11,514 nt of DNA from Candidatus Iainarchaeum sp. (lineage in GTDB: Archaea; Iainarchaeota; Iainarchaeia; Iainarchaeales; 0-14-0-20-34-12). Below, one piece after another: positions 6,727-11,514 of this stretch. The notes beneath the pieces are model-generated. The model saw only the letters and a program-made list of their open reading frames with translations, was not told the origin of the DNA and ran no database searches. The position numbers were made by a program, and so were the translations under genes. Numbering within the stretch: position 1 is the stretch's first letter; each line of letters opens with the position of its first letter. The stretch spans positions 1 to 11,514 of the forward strand of contig JAUSKK010000035.1 in assembly GCA_030649345.1 (NCBI GenBank), given 5' to 3'.

Positions 6727-6951
6727 TGCCCCAGCCGGGAATTGAACCCGAATCTCCGCCGAACTTCAACGCTTTTTGTTAACATTTTTTGCAAACGCAA
6801 AAAAGGTTTCGCCGAAGGCATTTTCCGCCAACGCTTTTTTGCAACCAAGTAAAACCAGCTGGTTTTACGGGTCCAGCAAAGCTATTGCTTTGCTTGACAG
6901 CAAAAAAGGGTTGTGAGAGGGCAGTATACTTAGCCGTTGTACTACCGGGGC
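6727..6951 (-). tRNA. tRNA-Glu (anticodon CUC) interrupted by a 152-nt intron at position 37/38
   Basis: The 5' exon (6951-6914) reads GCCCCGG-TA-GTAC-AACGGCTAA-GTAT-A-CTGCC-CTCTCA. The 3' exon (6761-6727) reads C-GGCGG-AGAT-TCGGG-TTCAATT-CCCGG-CTGGGGC-A. Joined, they give a 73-nt cloverleaf with one G.U in the acceptor, one U.G in the anticodon stem, one G.U in the D stem and one U.G in the T stem. The splice junction is ambiguous by 1 nt, and isotype identity rests on the CUC reading. Confidence 0.75.
6762..6913 (-). other. long, ORF-less, highly structured tRNA intron
   Basis: All coordinates are + strand. There is a 20-nt perfect palindrome GTAAAACCAGCTGGTTTTAC (6849-6868), an 8-bp hairpin AGCAAAGC-TATT-GCTTTGCT (6875-6894) and an 8-bp hairpin TTTTTTGC-AAAC-GCAAAAAA (6785-6804). 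CTTTTTTGC (6834-6842) is complementary to GCAAAAAAG at both 6797-6805 and 6900-6908. The intron termini pair with each other. Confidence 0.65.
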
Positions 6952-6998
6952 CTTATATGTTAATTAGAATTAAAAAAGAATAAAAAGATGCTGAAAAG

Positions 6999-8048
6999 TT
7001 ACACGTCTTTTAAAGTGATTTTTCCAGCTTTAATTTCTGTTTCCAGCTCAGTTAAGGCTTGAATTCGTTTATAGGTTAAAGGATGTGAACTAAACCATTC
7101 CATGAACTGGTGGTCTTTTTCCCATTGAATGACTTTATCCAATTCTTGGGCTCCAAAACTTGGTCTTTTTTCTTGGCTTCTTTTATGTTCACTGGTTTCA
7201 ATTTCTTTAGCCAATTCATCGCTGCGAACACGCGCTAATTTTGCTGAATTAATTGGATCTGCAAAATAAAAAGAACGCATTCCGCCATAATCTTTTCCTT
7301 GGCCTTGCACTGGAAAACCATACGCAATTTTAGCCAAGCCGGTTCTCAAAGCTTTTGGATTATTGGTTGCCACAGCACTAAATGCATCGGCAAAACTTTC
7401 TCGAGTTCTACCTAAACGCATTACAATTAAACTGCTTAAAAATTGAGCAATAAATGCACCCAAATAAACCAAAATAATACTTAAAAAATTTCCTCGTCCG
7501 TCTCGGTCTCTTCCTAAAAAAGAACCAAAGAAAACAATTGTATAATACACCATCAAAGGCAACATACTGGCTACAGTAATCACTGCAACATCCCAGTGTT
7601 TAATATGTCCAATTTCGTGTGCAATCACTGCTTCAATTTCTTCTTTGTTTAATCGTTCCAACAAACCTGTATGCACGGCTAAATGACTACTGCTTTTGGT
7701 TCTGCCAAAAGCAAAAGCATTGGGTGTAGAATCCCAAACCAAATACACTTTCGGTTTTTTAATTTCTGCAATCTCACTATATTTTTCTACTATTTCATGA
7801 ATCCAATGTAATTGCAAATCTTCTTCTGGAATTTCTCGCATTCGCGTAAACCATTTAATTAAATTTGGAGCAATTAACCATTGCAAGCCAACTACAAAAG
7901 CAGACAGAACAACAACTGAAATTAATCCGCCAATCAAACCCAAACTTGGGCCAAATAACCATAACAAAATTCCCAAAATTCCAGCTACAGTTCCAAACAA
8001 TAAAGTTAAACTTAAAATCATTGCAAATTTCAATTTACTTAAACTCAT
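6999..8048 (-). CDS. htpX: HtpX-family M48 zinc metalloprotease (membrane protease)
   Basis: It is a 349-aa ORF with N-terminal transmembrane helices and the HEIGHIKHWD zinc motif (HExxH). Further hydrophobic segments follow. The downstream SRESFADAFSA could supply the third zinc ligand typical of M48 proteases. An AGGTGA motif lies 4 nt upstream of the ATG. Confidence 0.9.
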   Translation of the reverse strand: MSLSKLKFAMILSLTLLFGTVAGILGILLWLFGPSLGLIGGLISVVVLSAFVVGLQWLIAPNLIKWFTRMREIPEEDLQLHWIHEIVEKYSEIAEIKKPKVYLVWDSTPNAFAFGRTKSSSHLAVHTGLLERLNKEEIEAVIAHEIGHIKHWDVAVITVASMLPLMVYYTIVFFGSFLGRDRDGRGNFLSIILVYLGAFIAQFLSSLIVMRLGRTRESFADAFSAVATNNPKALRTGLAKIAYGFPVQGQGKDYGGMRSFYFADPINSAKLARVRSDELAKEIETSEHKRSQEKRPSFGAQELDKVIQWEKDHQFMEWFSSHPLTYKRIQALTELETEIKAGKITLKDV

Positions 8049-8123
8049 ACATTCACCTATACTATGTCTTTAAACTAACAAATTAAAAAACCAATTTTTC
8101 AGGTACAAAAATAAGATACCGAT

Positions 8124-8402
8124 TTATTTGTAAATATTATCATGATGGTCAAATCTGTCAAATAGACTAAAGTTTTCTTTTTTGAATACTTTAAACAATA
8201 ATACAAAACTTTTTGCAATATGAACCCGCTTATAATCGCTTAATCCGTATCTTAAGTTTTTGTAATGGTCTATGGTAAATTCATCTGAATTGATAATTTC
8301 TTTGATTTTTTTGTTTAATGCTTCGGTTATTTTTTGATCTCTTTTTGCCAATATTTTCAGCTGATCTTTTAATTCTTCAGATAAGCCAAAGGAAAATGGC
8401 AT
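8124..8402 (-). CDS. RelE/ParE-superfamily type II toxin (putative mRNA interferase)
   Basis: It is 92 aa. The pattern L..L.K.D......I.KKI.EI......KNLRYGLSDYKRVHIAKSFVLLFKV matches the RelE/StbE-like core. Its ATG immediately follows the TAA of the upstream small gene (8403-8405). Confidence 0.7.
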   Translation of the reverse strand: MPFSFGLSEELKDQLKILAKRDQKITEALNKKIKEIINSDEFTIDHYKNLRYGLSDYKRVHIAKSFVLLFKVFKKENFSLFDRFDHHDNIYK

Positions 8403-8666
8403 TTATTCGCCTCGGGTTAATTTATCCAATTCCTTAACACTCATTTTTCGAAAACCGTATTTTTTAATATGCTGATTGCAGGACTCAATCACTTCTTTGA
8501 TGACTTCTTCTCTGACTTCGCGATCTACAAATTCTTCGCCATACATTTCAGCAAATTTTTCCAAAGCCTGTGCTTTATCTTTCAAACCGTACTTTTCTTT
8601 TACAACGCCCAACACTCTGCTGGCATACTCACTTACTTTCAAATTCATAGTCACACTTTTACCCAT
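8403..8666 (-). CDS. putative antitoxin (possible ribbon-helix-helix N-terminus, acidic C-terminus)
   Basis: It is 87 aa and sits directly upstream of, and abutting, the RelE-like gene. The N-terminus NLKVSEYASRVLGVVKEKYGLKDKAQALEKF is compatible with a strand-helix-helix fold. An AGGTGG motif lies upstream of the ATG. The assignment rests mainly on genomic context. Confidence 0.5.
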   Translation of the reverse strand: MGKSVTMNLKVSEYASRVLGVVKEKYGLKDKAQALEKFAEMYGEEFVDREVREEVIKEVIESCNQHIKKYGFRKMSVKELDKLTRGE

Positions 8667-8686
8667 ATAACTCCACCTAACATAAT

Positions 8687-8708
8687 ATTAGTTAAACTAA
8701 TTTATAAA
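8687..8708 (-). promoter_or_regulatory. candidate promoter and operator of the toxin-antitoxin pair
   Basis: TTTATAAA (8701-8708) lies 35-42 nt upstream of the antitoxin ATG. A 7-bp inverted repeat ATTAGTT-A-AACTAAT (8687-8701) sits between it and the start, which is a typical place for antitoxin autoregulation. Confidence 0.35.
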
Positions 8709-8742
8709 CTTTTGGGCAATGATACATCTTAGAATTAAAATT

Positions 8743-8836
8743 TGCCGGTGGACAGATTTGAACTGTCGACGCCCAGATCACCCTTCAATTTTAGAAGCTA
8801 TGAGTCTGGTGCTCTACCAGGCTGAGCTACACCGGC
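8743..8836 (-). tRNA. tRNA-Met or tRNA-Ile2 (anticodon CAU; non-initiator acceptor stem) with a 20-nt intron at 37/38
   Basis: The minus strand reads GCCGGTG-TA-GCTC-AGCCTGGTA-GAGC-A-CCAGA-CTCATA-[GCTTCTAAAATTGAAGGGTG]-A-TCTGG-GCGTC-GACAG-TTCAAAT-CTGTC-CACCGGC-A. All stems are perfect Watson-Crick. The intron occupies 8779-8798. Confidence 0.9.
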
Positions 8837-8842
8837 TCTTCC

Positions 8843-8871
8843 CTTTTTCTTTCTTCTCAAGAAAGAAAAAG
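8843..8871. repeat. 13-bp perfect homopyrimidine/homopurine hairpin (CTTTTTCTTTCTT-CTC-AAGAAAGAAAAAG)
   Basis: Exact reverse-complement arms at 8843-8855 and 8859-8871 enclose a 3-nt loop. The hairpin lies 6 nt upstream of the tRNA 5' end and 64 nt downstream of the RpiA-like stop, so it may be a terminator, an insulator or a leader structure. Confidence 0.5.
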
Positions 8872-8934
8872 TGTAAGTTTCCCAAAAAGAAAGAACAGTA
8901 TTAAATAATTCCTTGAGAAACCTTTTAAAAAGAC

Positions 8935-9606
8935 TTATTTCTGAACCCTGCTTTTCATCGTAATTTTAGAACCATGAGTTAATACTAAGTAGTCTGCATA
9001 GCCTGGAAAAATGCCAGTTTCAATTACTCCCGGGATGTTTTTCGAAACCACATCTATTTCATGCAAAGAATGTGAAAAATCAAGATTGACATCAATTAAA
9101 AAATTTCCAGACTCTGTTTTTTCTGCTTGCCCGTTCTTTTTTCTTAAACTGGCTTTGCCAAAAGCATCCAATTGCACTAAAGTACGCTTCCATCCAAAGG
9201 TGCTAATTTCAAATGGAACTTTTCCATATACTTGTTTTACGAAATGTTTTTTTTCGCAAACCACAAATAATTTTTCAGCACTTTGTGCAATCATTTTATC
9301 TCGAATCAATGAATGCGTTTCGTGTTTTACAAAATCAAAATTATAATCAGCAAGCGAAGCAAACTCTAGGGCAAAGTCTATTTCTTTTTCATTGACTGAA
9401 ACCAAAGGCAAACCAAAACTGGATGCAATGACTGCCATTTTGGCACTGGTAGGCACTAACTCAATATCCAAATTTTCTTCTTCAATTTTGAATGCTAACT
9501 TTTTTAAGAATTTTAAAGCATGTTCGCTGGTGCCCAAAGATACCACGGAATGATTTTTTACGTATTTTTGAATCAATACTTCTGCAATTTCTTCTGAAAT
9601 ACTCAT
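8935..9606 (-). CDS. ribose-5-phosphate isomerase A (RpiA)-fold protein with diverged active-site motifs
   Basis: It is collinear with RpiA: VVSLGTSEH (compare GLGTGST), LVPTS, IDFALEFASLAD (compare ID.A.DGADEVD), VKHETHSLIRDK (compare IKGGGGAL.REK), SGNFLID (compare DNGN.I.D) and IPGVIETGIF. I chose the start at ATG (complement of 9604-9606), because the track start at 9642 is a TTG lying inside a TATAAT-like promoter box. Confidence 0.7.
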   Translation of the reverse strand: MSISEEIAEVLIQKYVKNHSVVSLGTSEHALKFLKKLAFKIEEENLDIELVPTSAKMAVIASSFGLPLVSVNEKEIDFALEFASLADYNFDFVKHETHSLIRDKMIAQSAEKLFVVCEKKHFVKQVYGKVPFEISTFGWKRTLVQLDAFGKASLRKKNGQAEKTESGNFLIDVNLDFSHSLHEIDVVSKNIPGVIETGIFPGYADYLVLTHGSKITMKSRVQK

Positions 9607-9662
9607 ATGATCGCCGAACCAAAACGCTAACTTATTATACAATTTTATGTATTTAATTCAAT

Positions 9663-10190
9663 ATGCCTGACTTAAACATCGACCGAGAGACCCTAAAAGT
9701 CTTATCTTCGGATGTTCGCTCGAATATTCTTAAATCCTTGCAAGAACGCAGAAAAACAGTCACAGAATTAGCCCAAGAATTCAATTTAAGCAAAAGTACA
9801 TTGCATGAACATTTAGCCAAGCTCACAGAAGCTAACCTAATTGCACGAAATGAAACCTATACCGATAAATTCATTTATTATGATTTAACTTCCAAAGCCA
9901 AACAAATATTGGGCAGTAAAGAAAACAAATTATTTGATACCCGAATTGTGTTACTGATTGCAGTAACTTTTGTTGGCCTGCTGGTTTTTTTTAATTTATT
10001 TTTTATAAATCCAACACAATCACTTACAGCAGACTCTTTCCAAGATTCATTGGCTCAAAAAACATTGACAGAATCAGAAACTTCCAACAAGGCTTTAAAT
10101 TCAACTCAATTTCCAGTGACTGAAGAAAGAGCCAATATTCAATCTGGAGTTTCAGATTTTAATTCAGACTTAGACATCAATCAACCTTAA
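9663..10190 (+). CDS. ArsR-type winged-helix regulator fused to a transmembrane helix and a Ser/Thr/Gln-rich C-terminal tail
   Basis: The N-terminus LKVLSSDVRSNILKSLQERRKTVTELAQEFNLSKSTLHEHLAKLTEANLI is a classic ArsR/SmtB helix-turn-helix. The hydrophobic segment IVLLIAVTFVGLLVFFNLFFI follows. It is divergent from the RpiA-like gene across 56 nt. Confidence 0.75.
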   Translation: MPDLNIDRETLKVLSSDVRSNILKSLQERRKTVTELAQEFNLSKSTLHEHLAKLTEANLIARNETYTDKFIYYDLTSKAKQILGSKENKLFDTRIVLLIAVTFVGLLVFFNLFFINPTQSLTADSFQDSLAQKTLTESETSNKALNSTQFPVTEERANIQSGVSDFNSDLDINQP

Positions 10191-10576
10191 AGTTGTGCAT
10201 TTTTTCGGGTAACTTTTAATAAGCGTTGAACTTGTCGATCAAACTCTTGTTCAGTTAATCTTCCAGGCTTGCCTAATTCTTTTTCAATAATCATTAATTG
10301 ATCCATAATAAATGAAGCCCTTCGTTTTAATTCTCGTAATTTAATTTTTTCAGGAATATCTAACTTCCATAATGTTTCCATATGTTCCATTAATTTCAAA
10401 GTATCTCCGCGTTGATGCATGCCAGTTCTTTTCCGAATACGCGTTAATTCATGAAATTCTTTTTGCAATTTTAAAAAAAAACCTCGAACCATTGGATTAA
10501 TGTGCTTGGCTTCTCCTCTTGTTGGAATGGCAGCCCAAGTTTTCAGCCGTACAGGAATTCTTCTTTTTGGTTGCAT
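10187..10576 (-). CDS. hypothetical basic, predicted helical protein (129 aa)
   Basis: It is an ATG-initiated ORF rich in Arg and Lys. Its stop overlaps the convergent ArsR-like stop within TTAA (10187-10190). I recognise no motif. Confidence 0.45.
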   Translation of the reverse strand: MQPKRRIPVRLKTWAAIPTRGEAKHINPMVRGFFLKLQKEFHELTRIRKRTGMHQRGDTLKLMEHMETLWKLDIPEKIKLRELKRRASFIMDQLMIIEKELGKPGRLTEQEFDRQVQRLLKVTRKNAQL

Positions 10577-10629
10577 AAAAAAGAAAACATTCGATCAAAA
10601 TAAAAAGAATAACTTTTCACAGTCACATC

Positions 10630-10672
10630 AGTTTTGTCCAACAAATTGAAGCCACTTTTCTTGGACAAAACT
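10630..10672. repeat. 12-bp perfect inverted repeat (AGTTTTGTCCAA-19 nt-TTGGACAAAACT) in a divergent intergenic region
   Basis: The arms at 10630-10641 and 10661-10672 are exact reverse complements, followed on the + strand by TTTT. The repeat lies between the start of the 129-aa gene (10576) and the LAGLIDADG start (10780). Confidence 0.45.
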
Positions 10673-10703
10673 TTTTAAGAATTTAAAAATAAAAAATTCA
10701 GTT

Positions 10704-10720
10704 CACCGGAAACACCGGAA
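10704..10720. repeat. tandem CACCGGAA-A-CACCGGAA direct repeat (GC island in AT-rich spacer)
   Basis: There are two exact 8-mers with a 9-bp period at 10704-10711 and 10713-10720. Each contains the palindrome CCGG. They lie about 60 nt upstream of the LAGLIDADG ATG. Confidence 0.35.
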
Positions 10721-10779
10721 GTCTACCTCCCAACTCTTTTTAAAGGAAAAAAATGTAAATCTTATTTGATGGTGGTTGA

Positions 10780-11514
10780 ATGAGATTCAATAAAAAAGCA
10801 ATAATTCCTTCTGGAATCACAAAAGAACTTGCCGAAGAAACTGGCATTCATATCGGTGATGGTTATTTGGGGTTTGGCAAATATAAAACCAATATAGCTT
10901 ACGCATATTCAGTAACAAATGGTATTGATGAAGAAGATTATTCCTTAAACTATATTGCGCCTTTGATTTACAAGCTTTATGGACTTCTGCCTTCAGTCTA
11001 TCGTGGGAAAGACAATGCAATATATTTGCATTATAAGTCAAAGATTTTGTTTAATTTTAAAAAAGATCTTGGTTTGCCAGTTGGCCCAAAAGACAGTGTA
11101 CTCATTCCAATTGCAATATTGAACTCAGAATATGTTCTTGATTGCATTCGAGGGATTTTTGACACAGATGGTTCTTTAAATTTTCAGAAAAAACACAAAA
11201 GTTATCACTATTATCCACGGTTGGATATTGCAGCTAAAAACAGAGAGCTCATTCTCCAAATTGATCGTGTACTTAAATGTCTTGGTTTTACAACTTCATT
11301 GCAATTAGATACGAAAAAGCTTACCTGCGCTGGAACCATTTGCACTTCTAGTCGGATATTTTTATATGGGAAAAGAAACTTAGAACTTTGGCTTAAACGA
11401 ATTGGATTCTCAAATCCTAAAAACCTAAACAAACTTAAAATCTGGCGAGAAAAAGGCTATTGTGAAAAGCCCTGGGAGGGAATTGAACCCTCGACCTCAA
11501 CATTACCAATGTTG
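10780..11514 (+). CDS. double-motif LAGLIDADG homing endonuclease, free-standing; no stop before the window end
   Basis: It is missing from the ORF track because it runs off the window. I checked the frame line by line: 245 codons are open from the ATG at 10780, which is preceded by an in-frame TGA and a GGTGG motif. Motif 1 is LAEETGIHIGDG (aa 17-28). Motif 2 is LDCIRGIFDTDG (aa 120-131). Both retain the catalytic Asp. The inter-motif and post-motif lengths are typical of monomeric enzymes. Confidence 0.85.
   Translation, partial: MRFNKKAIIPSGITKELAEETGIHIGDGYLGFGKYKTNIAYAYSVTNGIDEEDYSLNYIAPLIYKLYGLLPSVYRGKDNAIYLHYKSKILFNFKKDLGLPVGPKDSVLIPIAILNSEYVLDCIRGIFDTDGSLNFQKKHKSYHYYPRLDIAAKNRELILQIDRVLKCLGFTTSLQLDTKKLTCAGTICTSSRIFLYGKRNLELWLKRIGFSNPKNLNKLKIWREKGYCEKPWEGIEPSTSTLPML
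11468..11514 (-). tRNA. tRNA-Thr (anticodon GGU), 3' portion only (truncated by the window end)
   Basis: The minus strand reads ...CAACA-TTGGTAA-TGTTG-AGGTC-GAGGG-TTCAATT-CCCTC-CCAGGGC-T. The anticodon arm, variable loop, T arm and 3' acceptor strand are complete. There is no intron at 37/38. Confidence 0.8.

Noticed and set aside
6762-6913. Box C/D guide RNA inside the tRNA-Glu intron (as in haloarchaeal tRNA-Trp)
   Set aside because: There is no RUGAUGA (C box) or CUGA (D box) on the RNA strand of the intron.
6648-6983. Track ORFs 6648..6848 (-) and 6789..6983 (+)
   Set aside because: They overlap the tRNA-Glu exons and its structured intron, which makes them translation artefacts of an RNA gene. 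The intron is best regarded as ORF-less.
2057-9677. The ykgJ-like and ArsR-like genes both begin ATGCC(G/T)GACTTAAA (MPDLK / MPDLN)
   Set aside because: It is only a 14-nt near-identity at the start codon, with no extended similarity upstream or downstream, so it is most likely coincidence.
10817-11432. Track ORFs 10817..11041 (-) and 11211..11432 (-)
   Set aside because: They are antisense to the LAGLIDADG reading frame, which has clear family motifs.
1-11514. att-like direct repeats of tRNA 3' ends, integrase or transposase genes, CRISPR repeats, rRNA
   Set aside because: None was found by eye. The recurring GGGAATTGAACCC strings at about 1853, 6738 and 11478 are just the conserved T-arms of three separate tRNA genes.

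Overview
This is an AT-rich, gene-dense window. Counted 60-nt lines give about 27% GC in typical genes. It looks archaeal, and a DPANN-like small genome is my inference. The grounds are four tRNA genes without encoded CCA, two of them interrupted at position 37/38, TATA-like boxes about 25-40 nt upstream of starts, and AGGTGA/GGTGG ribosome-binding motifs. All four tRNAs and most genes lie on the minus strand. Recognisable genes are a DNA methyltransferase (SPPY motif), a YkgJ-type Cys-cluster protein, and a TRAM-less RumA-type m5U RNA methyltransferase coupled by an ATGA overlap to a class I SAM methyltransferase. There is also a GC-rich, Cys-rich secreted lipoprotein with a PKD-like end, HtpX protease, a RelE-like toxin with a small antitoxin, a diverged RpiA-like protein and a membrane-anchored ArsR-type regulator. 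Two edge-truncated ORFs are absent from the supplied ORF track. One is a hypothetical protein (1-381, minus). The other is a double-motif LAGLIDADG homing endonuclease (10780-11514, plus) that reads antisense into tRNA-Thr(GGU). The most unusual items are (i) tRNA-Glu(CUC) split by a 152-nt, ORF-less, highly structured intron, and (ii) an intergenic hairpin cluster (2699-2853) whose architecture parallels that intron. Others are (iii) the free-standing LAGLIDADG gene abutting a tRNA, (iv) the RpiA-like protein with replaced active-site motifs, and (v) accessory-type genes directly 3' of every tRNA. No rRNA, CRISPR array, transposase or integrase was seen. All calls rest on reading the sequence by eye, with no searches or folding programs.
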